In this document: piece by piece, positions 1-10,485 of the stretch
Position numbering within the stretch: the first letter of the stretch is position 1
Layout: the number at the start of each line of letters is the position of its first letter
Source: an uncultured Clostridia bacterium
Lineage (GTDB): Bacteria; Bacillota; Clostridia; Christensenellales; UBA1242
DNA length: 64,000 nt
Direction of reading: 5' to 3'
Assembly (NCBI GenBank): GCA_947062475.1
Contig: CAMSQA010000003.1
Span: 31,990-95,989 of the forward strand
Program-made: the position numbers and the translations under genes
Notes under the pieces: model-generated
Told to the model about the DNA's origin: nothing
The model's input: only the letters and a program-made list of their open reading frames with translations
Database searches by the model: none

Positions 1-366
1 GTGCGGATAGGGTTTTTAAGTTCAATTCTTCTTTTATCCACATCAAAGCCCTTTTCACTGAGTGAGTCAGCGATTTCCTTTGCTGTCACCGAGCCAAAAG
101 TCTTTCCATTTTCACCACATTTGATTTTGACAGAAAATTTTTGCCCTTTAAGCTTTTCCGCTAATTTTACAGCATCCTGTCTTTCCATCTCTTTGTGATA
201 ATCATTTGCTGCCATTTTATTTTTATTTTCACTTATTGCACTATTGTCAGCTCGTTTTGCTTTGCCAGTTTTAATCAAAAAGTTGTTTGCATAGCCATCG
301 GCGACCTCTTTGATTTCTCCTTTTTTGCCTGTGCCTCTTACATCTGTAAGTAATAAAACCTTCATA
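1..366 (-). CDS. rplI: 50S ribosomal protein L9; the C-terminus runs off the window edge
   Basis: Open-ended, so absent from the ORF track. Reverse-strand translation from the ATG (366-364) gives [39 protein letters not shown]...[13 protein letters not shown]...[12 protein letters not shown], a canonical L9 sequence. AAGGAG RBS (reverse complement of 374-379). Confidence 0.95.
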
Positions 367-495
367 AGTTTGCTCCTTTTTTTTCTTCTACAATTTTTAT
401 TTTAATTAAGATTTTTTTATTTGTCAAATAAATAGAATAACCAAGTGATTAAATCACATGATTTTGTCAATAATTTTTTTTAAGGAGGCGTTTTT

Positions 496-810
496 ATGGA
501 TATTAGATGTAGAAAGGGGCTTTGCAAGTATAATGATAGATTCACTTGCAAGGCGAAAAAGATTTTGGTGGATGGAGAAATTGTTTGTTCAACTTATGAA
601 AAAGAAGAGGGGAAAGAGGTGCAAGACGTGACTAAAAACATGTTTACGCAGGTGCCAGATTATGCTCCTCAACGTGACAGCAAGGCTCTTGAAATAAAAT
701 GCAAGGCTGATTGTTTATTTAATCATAATGGAGAATGTGTTTCCAATGGCATTACCTTAAATTCAATCAAAGAAAAGCCCTTTTGTGTGTCTTATTTGAG
801 GAAAACTTAA
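496..810 (+). CDS. Small Cys-rich protein, DUF1540-like (two repeats)
   Basis: GGAGG RBS before the ATG at 496. Two C..C...C-type segments (CRKGLCKYNDRFTCKAKKI / CKADCLFNHNGECVSNGI) resemble the DUF1540 pattern. Confidence 0.5.
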   Translation: MDIRCRKGLCKYNDRFTCKAKKILVDGEIVCSTYEKEEGKEVQDVTKNMFTQVPDYAPQRDSKALEIKCKADCLFNHNGECVSNGITLNSIKEKPFCVSYLRKT

Positions 811-819
811 AAAAATATT

Positions 820-848
820 TTGACAAAAGTAAACTTTTAGTTTATAAT
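820..848 (+). promoter_or_regulatory. Sigma-A type promoter for the 903 gene
   Basis: TTGACA (820-825), 17-nt spacer, TATAAT (843-848). This places the ORF-track starts at 735 and 855 upstream of or at the TSS. Confidence 0.7.
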
Positions 849-902
849 AATTTTATGAAAATTTTTAAAGAAGTTGGCTTTGCTAGCGAGCAGGAGAAAT
901 CT

Positions 903-2294
903 ATGGCAAGTGCGAATGATGTGAAAGATGAAAAAAAAGAAGAAAAAGTGTCCGAGCAGGTAAAACCATATCCAGTTTTTGGAAGTGATTTTCAGGTGAG
1001 TCAACCTGATTTTATCATTTATTATAAATACAGAATGAGAATGATGAAATTGAAATATAAGCTTGTTGGCAGGGTGGATGAAAATGGTCAATATGTAATT
1101 GACAAGCTCATTATGAAAGATCTCATCAAAATGGAAAAGGAAATTGAAGATCAGGGCGAGAATTTTTATAAAGCCATTGCTCTTTATATGAAAAAACATT
1201 TTTATTATACAGTAAAAATTCAAAAGAAAGAAGATGGAAAAGCTGTTGCGTCTCTATATCTGGCTGAATATGTTGACAATTTTTTGGGTCATGAATATAT
1301 TGTCTCTCATATTGCCAATTTTTCTGACGTGTATGATCAAGATTTTCGCGTTAAAGTGAGAAAGGCCTTTAATCTAGTTGATGTCAATGTCAAGGTTGAC
1401 GATTTTGCAGTGCCAGATCTTGCGGTGATCATGCAAGACGCGTTTGATTTCGAGCTTATTGCTGGCGGTCTTTACGATTCTGCATCACAAATCTTTGTTA
1501 TGAGTATGCTTAAAGAGCTTGAAGGGGCAGGTGATATTGGAAAAGAACTTCTTGCAAAATATAGGATGCTTCTTTCTCAAAGCGATATTGAAATAAATGA
1601 AAAATTTAGATATATCAGCTATAAAGCTCTGCTTGACAGGCTTATTGATGAATATGGTGGATATGAAAAAATTGGTCTTGACCCAAAGAAAGTGCAACAA
1701 ATTGTCCTTGAGATGAACAAAACCTTGATGCAGATTGACAAAGCATCTGCAAGAGGACCAATGGAAATGGAAGTCCACAACAAATCTGACAAACAAAAGG
1801 TGCTTTCTGCTGGAAAAAAGAATGCAAGCAAAAAGGCCTCGGGCAAAAAATCAGACTCATCAAATGCAGAAAAAAAGAAGGATGCTAAGAAAGATAAAAT
1901 AGAGGCAAAAGGTCCTGGTGTGACTCTTGACAGTTCACCTCAAACTTCAACGGCTGGCAGCAGTGGTGGTGTGGTTGAGTTTTTAAAGGATATGGCGGAT
2001 ATTGCACTGGGTGCGGCAACAATTGCTTTGGGTGGCGGTTCAATACTATCAGATTTAAAAGATATATTCAGTTCTGGATTAGGTAGCCAAAAGCTTACTG
2101 GTGAAACGGACTCTGGCAAAGGTAATGATGTGAAAGAGCCAGAAATCAATGAATTTGATATTGACTATTCCGTTCAACCTTCATCGGCACGTGAAGCCGA
2201 AATTGAAGTTGAAACTAATGGCCCTCAAGTCACAGCTGGTAGTATGGATGCTGAAAACGTTGCAAGTTCTCTAGGTCCAGAAATTACGCTTTGA
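903..2294 (+). CDS. Hypothetical protein with a Lys/Ser-rich low-complexity C-terminal half
   Basis: Long ORF. The start was moved to ATG 903, which follows an AGGAG RBS (891-895) and lies downstream of the promoter at 820-848. No recognisable family. Confidence 0.6.
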   Translation: MASANDVKDEKKEEKVSEQVKPYPVFGSDFQVSQPDFIIYYKYRMRMMKLKYKLVGRVDENGQYVIDKLIMKDLIKMEKEIEDQGENFYKAIALYMKKHFYYTVKIQKKEDGKAVASLYLAEYVDNFLGHEYIVSHIANFSDVYDQDFRVKVRKAFNLVDVNVKVDDFAVPDLAVIMQDAFDFELIAGGLYDSASQIFVMSMLKELEGAGDIGKELLAKYRMLLSQSDIEINEKFRYISYKALLDRLIDEYGGYEKIGLDPKKVQQIVLEMNKTLMQIDKASARGPMEMEVHNKSDKQKVLSAGKKNASKKASGKKSDSSNAEKKKDAKKDKIEAKGPGVTLDSSPQTSTAGSSGGVVEFLKDMADIALGAATIALGGGSILSDLKDIFSSGLGSQKLTGETDSGKGNDVKEPEINEFDIDYSVQPSSAREAEIEVETNGPQVTAGSMDAENVASSLGPEITL

Positions 2295-2353
2295 TATAAA
2301 TTGAAAGAAAATATAATCTTTCATTTCATTCTGAAATGGAAAAAACCGAAGAG

Positions 2354-2389
2354 AAACCTAAACCAAAACACGGCTTAGGTTTTTCTTTT
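2354..2389 (+). terminator. Rho-independent terminator
   Basis: AAACCTAA (2354-2361) pairs with TTAGGTTT (2375-2382), followed by a T-rich run. Confidence 0.6.
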
Positions 2390-2610
2390 ACAAGCAAGTT
2401 TTGGTTTTAATAATTTCTAAATGAAAAAGTCCAAGTTTGTGCCACTTATATTAATAATAAGTCTTTTTAAAAAGAATAAATTTATCGTTTTATGTTTTAT
2501 TTGTTGTAAAAAAAATGCGTATGTTATAATCAGTTTTTATCGAAGATTTTTAATTATAATTAGAAAAAAATTATTTGCATACTTTTTTGTTGTTTAGACA
2601 TCATAAAACC

Positions 2611-4137
2611 ATGAAAAAGAGTGTTGGACATGGGGCTTTTATTTTAATTTTAAGCGGATTAATCTGCAAATTTTTTGGTGGACTTTTTCGCCTTCCTCTT
2701 ACAAATATTATTGGAATGGAAGGAATTGGCATTTTTCAGATGATAATGTCAATATATTCTCTTGCTTTGGTTTTTGTATCAGGTGGTGTGACCAACGCTC
2801 TTTCAAAGTTGGTGTCAAGTGCAAGGGCAAGAGGTGATCACAAAATCATAGGCTCGTATCTCAGATATGGTCTTTTGTTCAGTCTGGGACTAGGAATACT
2901 TTTTGCTGTTTTATTTTTCTTGCTTTCAAGACCCCTTGCAGCAGTGCAAGGTATAGACGAAGGGGCAAATTGTTATCTTCTGGTTGCAATAATCCTTCCG
3001 CTTGGAGGTTTTGTCGGAGTAATGAGAGGACTGATGCAGGGCTATAACAATATGACGCCAACAGCAGTCAGTCAAATTATCGAGCAGGTGGCAAAATTCG
3101 GCTTTGGTCTGGTGTTTGCATATCTACTTAGTAGAGCAGGAGTGGCTAGAGGGGTGTTTGGTGCATTTTTGGGCATTTTGACAAGTGAAGTGCTTGCTTC
3201 AATCTATCTTGCTTATCGTGGTTTGCAAATAAAAAATTTGGAATTTAATAAAGCTGGCAGAAGGGAGTTTTTTGTTGCCTCCTTGCCTCTGTCATTTGGT
3301 GGAGTGATTGTGCCATTAGCACATGCAATTGAAGCCCTCTTTATCATATCCCTGTTGACGCGAGCGGGGCTTTCAAAGGCGGTTGCGACCTCCCTTTATG
3401 GGCTTCAAACTGGAGTAGTTGGGGCGATTTTAAATTTTCCGCTTATTATATCGGTGGCGGTTGCTGTTTCGCTTTTGCCAAATATATCATTTCTTGTTGC
3501 GAAAGGTGATAGGCAGGGACAGAAACTTCTGATTGAAAAATCATTTCTTGCAATGTGGTATATCTTGCTTCCTCTTGTTGTCGGGATTATGGCAGTTGCT
3601 GGAGGGCTTTATCCAATCATTTATCCAGGTTTGCTTGACGGCTTCAATAAAATTGCTTTGCAGCTAACATACTTAAGTGGTCTATCAATTATTCTCACTG
3701 CAATCATGCAATTTTTGCTTTCTATTTTGCAGGCCAATGGATATTATAGTTATTCCTTAGCTTTCAGTCTTATAGGCGGAATTGGAAAGATAGCATTTAT
3801 CTTTATTTTCGCACCTATGCCTCAAATTTCCATATATGCAATTGCAATAAGCAATATTGTGCTTTCACTTATCGTTTCTATTTGTGTGCTGATTAAACTT
3901 GGTTCACTTATCAAACTTCCTTTTTTTGACAGCGTTTTGCCTATATTGTCAGCTGCAATAATGTTTATGATTGTCAAAATTTTTCTTTCTTTGATGAGTG
4001 GATATTTTGCTTTATTTATTGCTGTCATTCTTGGCATGGCGACATATTTTATTTTATCACTTCCGCTCACTTCAAAATATTTTAAAATAGTGGTTGATAA
4101 ATTTAATCGAAAAGATGAAAAACTGGAGGAGCAATAA
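2611..4137 (+). CDS. MOP-superfamily flippase (MurJ/SpoVB-like polysaccharide or lipid II flippase)
   Basis: About 14 predicted TM segments. The N-terminus, MKKSVGHGAFILILSGLICKFFGGLFRLPLTNIIGMEGIGIFQ...GGVTNALSKLVS, is typical of SpoVB/MurJ-type proteins. The start (2611 vs 2575) is uncertain. Confidence 0.75.
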   Translation: MKKSVGHGAFILILSGLICKFFGGLFRLPLTNIIGMEGIGIFQMIMSIYSLALVFVSGGVTNALSKLVSSARARGDHKIIGSYLRYGLLFSLGLGILFAVLFFLLSRPLAAVQGIDEGANCYLLVAIILPLGGFVGVMRGLMQGYNNMTPTAVSQIIEQVAKFGFGLVFAYLLSRAGVARGVFGAFLGILTSEVLASIYLAYRGLQIKNLEFNKAGRREFFVASLPLSFGGVIVPLAHAIEALFIISLLTRAGLSKAVATSLYGLQTGVVGAILNFPLIISVAVAVSLLPNISFLVAKGDRQGQKLLIEKSFLAMWYILLPLVVGIMAVAGGLYPIIYPGLLDGFNKIALQLTYLSGLSIILTAIMQFLLSILQANGYYSYSLAFSLIGGIGKIAFIFIFAPMPQISIYAIAISNIVLSLIVSICVLIKLGSLIKLPFFDSVLPILSAAIMFMIVKIFLSLMSGYFALFIAVILGMATYFILSLPLTSKYFKIVVDKFNRKDEKLEEQ

Positions 4138-4222
4138 AAAAGAGACTGATTTTTCAGCCTCTTTTTGTTTTAAAATGCAAAAATATCACAAATATAATGA
4201 GAGTATAATAAACTCGAATTTA

Positions 4223-5842
4223 TTAAAGTGGAAGGTCTTTCTTTTTGAATTTAAAGATAGAAATTACAAAGCAAACTATTCCCACGGCAAGAAGGATTGC
4301 TCCCTTCCAGATAAAGGCAGTTGTTCCATGAAGGATTGACAGACAGTCAAACAGGGTGATGATTGAAAGATAATTGAAAAAGTCCATTGCACCCACTCTC
4401 ATCATGCTTGGCACTGTTGGAGAGCCAAATAAACCAAGTATAGTCGCTACAAAGAAAAACATTGAGAGACCGCCACCAATTGACATAGCAAGTTTGCTTC
4501 TATTAAACCAGCTGGAAGTCAGAAAGCATATTCCTGCAATTGCAAACATTGTTATGAAAGCGCCTAGATTTAGAAGTATCATTTGAGAGTAAGTGATTGA
4601 GATTGAACTTCCTGCAATTGCAAGACAAACAAGCCCCACAATCGTTGTGCAGAAAAACATTGCAAACAGTGAAAGGACAAGAAATGCCATTTGAGTGAAT
4701 GAAATTGTCGTTCTCTTTGTAGGCGTTGAAAGCACAAATGCCATTGACCCGCTGTCAACTTGGGAGGAAATGAGGTTGTTTGAAGCCATTATTATATAAA
4801 CTATTGGCAATAAAATACCAGCCATTTTGAAAAACATTGAGCCTATTACAAGTTCACTCATATTCATATTTCCAAGTTCTTGAAGAGAGGATGAAACATC
4901 AGCAGGGAGGCTGTCAAGCATGCTGCCAGATAGAGAATTTATGTAATTTAATTTTTCTTGTTGCACTCTCTCAAAAAGCAATGCTTCAATTTCAGCTTCA
5001 CTAAGCTCCGGATTTGACAATGTAAGTTCATTTTTGATTTCATTTGTTTTATAGTCGATTTGTGCTCTGTAAGATAATATGACTGATAAAGAGCTTTCGC
5101 CTATTTGAGCTTTGGAAAAATAATCGCTGACTCTTATAATTTGTCCTTGATTATCAAATTCTTGAGTGAAAAACACCTCTTTTAATACATTTGGAATATA
5201 GCCAGTGGCAAAGGTTGTTGGGTCTGCTGTCTGCCCAGAAGGAAGGGCAGATGAATAGCTTATGTAATCATTTACAGCCTGATGTATAAAAATTTTGGCA
5301 GAGTTTGCCATTTCTTCTCCACTTTCTTCCAAAAGCTTTTCATAGACAGTAATTTCAATCTGTCTAAGCACATATTCGTTGATAGAACTTTTATCATAGT
5401 TTTCACCCATGACACGATAATAATCAATAAAGGTAGAAACGCCAAGCTTTTGCTCGTTTGGAAGATTGGCAAGAATTGTATCTTTGGCCTCTTCTTCATC
5501 TTTGCCTTGCTCTAAGAGTGTGTTATAGAATGAAATGATTATCGTTTTTTGTTGAGATGAAAGAGCTTCATTTAAAAGCTGATCAAGAGAATTTGCATTG
5601 TCATCAAAGTTGACAAGTGCCTCATCTGTCAAATTAAAATAGGTAAGTGATTGTTTTTTAATGGATGCTTCCACAGAGTCTTTGACAAACATATCAACCA
5701 TGCTCTTGCTTACAGTGCCAACATTTAAGTTGCCAATCACAAGGATAAGCACTGCAAGAATAATGCAAGTGATAACTGTTACAAAGCTCCATAGACCAAG
5801 ATTTGCCTTGCAAGATTGTTTGAAAAGTGGCTTGCTAAACAT
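4223..5842 (-). CDS. ABC-2 type transporter permease with a large extracytoplasmic loop
   Basis: N-terminal TM, a soluble loop of about 300 aa, then about 5 C-terminal TM segments. Overlaps the upstream ATPase gene by 8 nt (operon). Confidence 0.7.
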   Translation of the reverse strand: MFSKPLFKQSCKANLGLWSFVTVITCIILAVLILVIGNLNVGTVSKSMVDMFVKDSVEASIKKQSLTYFNLTDEALVNFDDNANSLDQLLNEALSSQQKTIIISFYNTLLEQGKDEEEAKDTILANLPNEQKLGVSTFIDYYRVMGENYDKSSINEYVLRQIEITVYEKLLEESGEEMANSAKIFIHQAVNDYISYSSALPSGQTADPTTFATGYIPNVLKEVFFTQEFDNQGQIIRVSDYFSKAQIGESSLSVILSYRAQIDYKTNEIKNELTLSNPELSEAEIEALLFERVQQEKLNYINSLSGSMLDSLPADVSSSLQELGNMNMSELVIGSMFFKMAGILLPIVYIIMASNNLISSQVDSGSMAFVLSTPTKRTTISFTQMAFLVLSLFAMFFCTTIVGLVCLAIAGSSISITYSQMILLNLGAFITMFAIAGICFLTSSWFNRSKLAMSIGGGLSMFFFVATILGLFGSPTVPSMMRVGAMDFFNYLSIITLFDCLSILHGTTAFIWKGAILLAVGIVCFVISIFKFKKKDLPL

Positions 5843-6749
5843 GTTTTACCTCCTTTTGTTGTTTGTTGAGAAAATTTAAAAAGTGCCTTTCCAGATTATA
5901 TTTGATTTCAGAAATAAATTTGATGTTTTTGTTTGATATATATTTAAATAAATTTGAGATATCATCTCTTTCGATTTTGATTGTGACCTGATTATATTGT
6001 GGCTGTTTGCGTATGATTTCAAATTCGCTTTTGCAAAAGTCAAGATAGTCTTGCTCTGAATTAAATTCAATTTTGTATTCTCGCACCGATCTGTTTCTTA
6101 ATTTATCCATGTCTGTGATTTCAATAATATGACCTTTATCGATAAGAGCAACATAGTCACAAACTTTTTCAAGCTCTTCATAGAGGTGAGAGCTTATAAA
6201 AATGGTCTTTCCTTTTTGTTTTTCTTTTTCGATTAATTCTAGAAAAGCCACTCGCATAAGTGGGTCAAGTCCTGTTGTTGGCTCATCTAAAATCAAAATC
6301 TCAGCATCATAAGATAGGGCAGTGACTATTGCAGTTTTTTGTTTCATACCTTTGCTCATTCGTTTAAGATTGGCTGTGGGGTCAAGATGAAGTGTTTTTA
6401 AGAGTTCATTTAGATTATCAAACTCTTTATTCCCACGAAGCTCTGCCTGAGATTTTAAAAATGCTGTTCCACTTTTTAAATCTGGAAATCCAATTTCGCC
6501 AGGCACATAACCAACAAAAGCTTTGATTTTGTCAGATTGCGTCCAAGAGTCAAAGCCTTTGACATGCACCTTGCCTTTATCAGGTTTAATAAATCCAAGA
6601 ATTGCTCGAATAGTTGTTGTCTTTCCTGCTCCATTTGCACCAACAAAGCCAAGTGTAACCCCTTTTTTTATAGAAAAGTTTAAATCAAAAACGCCGCGAC
6701 CATTGCCATAATCTTTGGTGAGATTTTCAACGGTTATGACCTCTTCCAT
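5835..6749 (-). CDS. ABC transporter ATP-binding protein
   Basis: Walker A GANGAGKTT, signature MSKGMKQK, Walker B ILILDEPTTGLD. Confidence 0.9.
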   Translation of the reverse strand: MEEVITVENLTKDYGNGRGVFDLNFSIKKGVTLGFVGANGAGKTTTIRAILGFIKPDKGKVHVKGFDSWTQSDKIKAFVGYVPGEIGFPDLKSGTAFLKSQAELRGNKEFDNLNELLKTLHLDPTANLKRMSKGMKQKTAIVTALSYDAEILILDEPTTGLDPLMRVAFLELIEKEKQKGKTIFISSHLYEELEKVCDYVALIDKGHIIEITDMDKLRNRSVREYKIEFNSEQDYLDFCKSEFEIIRKQPQYNQVTIKIERDDISNLFKYISNKNIKFISEIKYNLERHFLNFLNKQQKEVKHV

Positions 6750-6761
6750 AACTTTTTCCTC

Positions 6762-7655
6762 CTATCTATAAAATTTCATAAAGTATTCTTCAAGACTCTC
6801 TTTATTATGACGAAAATCAGATATCTTTCTTTTTGAGAGTGCATTTACAAGCAGGTTTATGTTCTTGTCATTGATAGAGACAACAATTTCTGACTTTGTT
6901 TCTGACAAAATCTGCAACTTTTCAAGCTTGCTGATTGACAAACTGAACTTCTCTCTTTCTTGTTCGCTAACAAAAATTATAGAATAGACCTTTTCATTGT
7001 TGTGCGTTAGGCTTGAAGTGGCAAATTGACTGACAATTTTGCCCTCTTTGATGATTGCAATACGATCGCATGTTGCTTCGACTTCACTGAAAATATGACT
7101 TGAAAGAAGAATTGTTTTGCCCCTCTTTTTTTCTTGTTTGACAAATTCAATAAACTTTTGCTGCATTTCAAAATCAAGTCCGCTGGTCGGCTCATCTAAA
7201 ATCAATATATCTCCATCATTTAAAAATGCTGCCACGATTGCAAGTTTTCTTTTATCACCAAGACTCATTTTTTTTGTTTCGCCTTCAGGATTTAATTCAA
7301 AATATTCAAGAAGAAAGTTTAGACGCTTATCATCTTTTACGCCCTTAAGTTTTTTCATCATATCAATAAATTGCCAACCTGACAATCCGCTCGGCAATGC
7401 AATTTCACCAGGAAGGTATCCAACATTTGCCATAAACTTGTCAAAATGAGAAAAACTTTCAAGACCAAGAATTTTAGTTTCTCCACTGTCAGGATGGCTG
7501 AAGCCTAAAAGATGGCGGATTGTGGTTGATTTTCCTGCTCCATTTGGCCCTAAAAATCCAAAGACTTCGCCTTCGTCAATCTTAAAAGAAACATCAAAAA
7601 CGCCGCGACCATGTCCATAATCTTTTGTGAGGTTGTTTACTTCAATTTTTGCCAT
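6762..7655 (-). CDS. ABC transporter ATP-binding protein (second ATPase of the operon)
   Basis: Walker A GPNGAGKST, signature MSLGDKRK, Walker B ILILDEPTSGLD. GGAGG RBS. Confidence 0.9.
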   Translation of the reverse strand: MAKIEVNNLTKDYGHGRGVFDVSFKIDEGEVFGFLGPNGAGKSTTIRHLLGFSHPDSGETKILGLESFSHFDKFMANVGYLPGEIALPSGLSGWQFIDMMKKLKGVKDDKRLNFLLEYFELNPEGETKKMSLGDKRKLAIVAAFLNDGDILILDEPTSGLDFEMQQKFIEFVKQEKKRGKTILLSSHIFSEVEATCDRIAIIKEGKIVSQFATSSLTHNNEKVYSIIFVSEQEREKFSLSISKLEKLQILSETKSEIVVSINDKNINLLVNALSKRKISDFRHNKESLEEYFMKFYR

Positions 7656-7884
7656 GAATCTCCTCCTAAGTAATAATAATTTTTAGACATATGTATATTT
7701 TTTTGACATCAGTATAATTATATGGTAAAATATTATAAAACTCAACTTTTATAATGGACGACAAAAGATTATTTGTAAAATAGTTGACAAAAAGTAAAAT
7801 TATGTCGAAAAAAAAGTTATTTAATTTGAATTTTTTAGGTTATAAAAAATAATTGAAGTGAGATAAAACAAGGGAGAAAATTTT

Positions 7885-8457
7885 ATGGAAAAAGAGGGAG
7901 ATTTGAGAATAAGAAGGACGAAGAAACTTTTGCTTGACTCGCTTATGCAACTTTTGCAAGAACATGCTTTTGAAAAAATTGGTGTCAACGATATATGTGA
8001 AAGAGCAATGGTGCATAGGGCAACATTTTATAATCATTTTGACGACAAATATGATTTGTTTAATTATGCTCTTTCCCAACTTGAAGATGAAATGTATTTA
8101 AGCACAATTGAAAAAGGAAGTTATACCTCCTCTGTGGAAATGTATTGCAGTATTTTGAGAAGTGTTTTTGATTTTATTGAGCAAAACAAATTAAAATTCA
8201 AACTTATAATAGATAATAATTCATCAAAATTGATATTTTTAATTTCGACAACAGTAAAAAGAAGTATAACTTATTTGATCAAACAAAATGAACTTAATCA
8301 AGAGTTTGTTGTGCCTCTTAATATCATAATTGACTTTTTTATGGGAGGAGTCACCTTTCTCTGCCTTGACTGGATTCAGTCAGATCTCTATTCTAAAGAA
8401 GAAATCATAAAATTTTTAGAGGTGTTTATTCAAAATGAAGAATTCTTAAAAAAATAG
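7885..8457 (+). CDS. TetR/AcrR family transcriptional regulator
   Basis: N-terminal HTH, RRTKKLLLDSLMQLLQEHAFEKIGVNDICERAMVHRATFYNHFDDKYDL. Divergent from the ABC operon. Confidence 0.85.
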   Translation: MEKEGDLRIRRTKKLLLDSLMQLLQEHAFEKIGVNDICERAMVHRATFYNHFDDKYDLFNYALSQLEDEMYLSTIEKGSYTSSVEMYCSILRSVFDFIEQNKLKFKLIIDNNSSKLIFLISTTVKRSITYLIKQNELNQEFVVPLNIIIDFFMGGVTFLCLDWIQSDLYSKEEIIKFLEVFIQNEEFLKK

Positions 8458-8468
8458 GCAACAACTGC

Positions 8469-8876
8469 CTATTTTTTATTATTAAAATCTTCATAATTAC
8501 ATTTCTTGATTGGGTGTGAAAGCAATTCCTCATCAAAATAGACCCTTTCAAGAAAATTAAAAGAAGAGACGCATCTTGAAGGATTGACGCCATGAAAGGA
8601 ACGAAAAGCTCGAGAGAAACCTTCACGTGTGTTGTAACCACATGCGATGGCTACATCAATAATACGATCATTTTTTATCATAAAAACTGCCTCACTTAGC
8701 CTTCTTTTTCTGATATAATCTTTTATGGTATAGCCAACAAAAAGTTCAAACACTGGGTTTGCAACCGAACTATTGAGTTCTAAAATTTGATATATCTTCT
8801 TATTGTCATGATCTTCAAACAAATTGTTTTCGATGTAGTCTATTGCAGAATTTAATCTTTTATAAATATTTATCAT
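8469..8876 (-). CDS. AraC family transcriptional regulator (small, MarA/SoxS-size)
   Basis: Double HTH: ELNSSVANPVFELFVGYTIKDYIRKRRLSEA...DVAIACGYNTREGFSRAFRSFHGVNPS. The start was trimmed to M24 (MINIYKRL). Confidence 0.8.
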   Translation of the reverse strand: MINIYKRLNSAIDYIENNLFEDHDNKKIYQILELNSSVANPVFELFVGYTIKDYIRKRRLSEAVFMIKNDRIIDVAIACGYNTREGFSRAFRSFHGVNPSRCVSSFNFLERVYFDEELLSHPIKKCNYEDFNNKK

Positions 8877-8989
8877 ATATTTTATTATAAGAAAAATAAA
8901 AACCTTGTCAAGAAAAAATGACATTTCTAAAATAAAAAAAGTCATTCAATTGCATTTTTGTTATGTTAAAATATATGCGAGGTAAAAAA

Positions 8990-9493
8990 ATGGAACAAAA
9001 ATTTCAATTTCATGGAAAAAGTTATGATTTCTCAGAGATGTGTATTGTTGTTGGCAAGGCTTTAGAAGAGAAGGTGAAAAGTTTCAAAGAGATGAAAGAA
9101 GTTCTTGTCAAATTGAAACAAGATTTAAGATTTTGCTCTATAAGCAAAGGATCTGATTCGCACGTTAAAGCGGTATTGAAAAAATATAATAGACTAATGG
9201 CACTTACTGATGAGCATGCAGTTGAGTCTATAAAAAAAATGAAAAAATGTTTATATACCGAAAATTATCCACTCATATTAGAGGGGATTGAAAAAGATTT
9301 AGACCGTCATAATGATATGCTTCTTACTCTTAACAGACATTTGCATAAATATATAATAGAAGTTGTTGACAAACGTATTGTTGAAGTGGCTTTAGAGCAT
9401 GACTTAATGATTATTGATATATCACTTAAAACTCTTGATATGCAAAAAGAATTTATCAGTGGCGAAGCTAAAGAATGTGAACATATAATGTAA
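8990..9493 (+). CDS. Hypothetical helical protein, paralog A
   Basis: GAGGT RBS + ATG 8990 (MEQKFQFHGKSYDF...). Paralogous to the 9589 gene, including its upstream region. Confidence 0.65.
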   Translation: MEQKFQFHGKSYDFSEMCIVVGKALEEKVKSFKEMKEVLVKLKQDLRFCSISKGSDSHVKAVLKKYNRLMALTDEHAVESIKKMKKCLYTENYPLILEGIEKDLDRHNDMLLTLNRHLHKYIIEVVDKRIVEVALEHDLMIIDISLKTLDMQKEFISGEAKECEHIM

Positions 9494-9588
9494 AAGTTTA
9501 GTAAAAAGATAAAAAGTGATATTTTTGAGACAAATAAAGTCACTCAAGGCTCTGCAAATTATGCTAAAATATTTGTGAGGTGAAAGCT

Positions 9589-10095
9589 ATGGCACAAAAA
9601 TTTAAATTCATCGGTGAAGAATATTCCAAAGAGGAACTTGCAAAAGTTCTCAAAGAGTCTTTGCTGTCAATGAAAAAAGATATTGATAAAAGACATAGTG
9701 TATATCTTGAAGCGAAAGAACTTTTAAAGGGTGGAGCAATTGTTGAAAACTCTTATGAGATAAATATGCTTTTGAATTTGAATAAAGAGCTGGCAGATTT
9801 TATAGCCAGCACTCACAAAAGAACTATTGAAAGATTGAAAGATGATATAAAAAATCATGATATCGCACATTTTGCAAAGATGGTAGAGAGAGATGTTGAA
9901 AAGCATCAAGAAACTCTTAGTATGCTTGATTTAAATATAGCAGATATATTAAATGAAGAAATCAATCAACAAATCCTTATGGCAACAATAAATAATGATA
10001 TGAATATTATGGAATTTGTTTTAGACAAACTTCAACTTCAAAATGAATTTGTTGATGAGCTTTCTTCTTCAAGAGAAGACGGAATGTCATTATAA
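9589..10095 (+). CDS. Hypothetical helical protein, paralog B
   Basis: GAGGTG RBS + ATG 9589 (MAQKFKFIGEEYSKEEL...). Same N-terminal pattern and similar length to 8990-9493. Confidence 0.65.
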   Translation: MAQKFKFIGEEYSKEELAKVLKESLLSMKKDIDKRHSVYLEAKELLKGGAIVENSYEINMLLNLNKELADFIASTHKRTIERLKDDIKNHDIAHFAKMVERDVEKHQETLSMLDLNIADILNEEINQQILMATINNDMNIMEFVLDKLQLQNEFVDELSSSREDGMSL

Positions 10096-10311
10096 AAATA
10101 AATCAAAATTTTAGTATACTTTCAGATAAAATATTCATAGATTGTCTATGTATAACTTTTTAAGGCTTGTTTTTCTAGGTTTAAAAAGATTACAATGTGA
10201 ATAGATGTTTTTAAATTCCCTTATGTTTTAAGCTATTTTTTAAGCATTACAAAAGGGAATAGTTTCAGTATTAAAGGCAGATAAAGGGAAATAATTACAA
10301 AGGGAGTTAAT

Positions 10312-10485
10312 ATGAAAGGCAAAAACAAGCTAAGTTCAGAATATGACATGATAAATCAGTATATTGAAGAGGCGATTAGTCTCGTTTTAAAGAAAAAAGA
10401 AATTGAGTGCATAAGAGTGCTTGAAAGTTTGAAACTTTTCAGTAGAAGCGTTTTGATGTCTCACTCAATTTTTGATGATGATTAA
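10312..10485 (+). CDS. Small hypothetical protein (57 aa)
   Basis: Below the track cutoff. AAGGGAG RBS (10300-10306) then ATG 10312: MKGKNKLSSEYDMINQYIEEAISLVLKKKEIECIRVLESLKLFSRSVLMSHSIFDDD. Confidence 0.4.
   Translation: MKGKNKLSSEYDMINQYIEEAISLVLKKKEIECIRVLESLKLFSRSVLMSHSIFDDD

Noticed and set aside
735-902. Track start codons at 735 and 855 for the 903-2294 gene, and TTG 61138 for the Fic gene
   Set aside because: In both cases a consensus -35/-10 promoter lies downstream of or across the proposed start (820-848; 61138-61166). A later start has a proper RBS.
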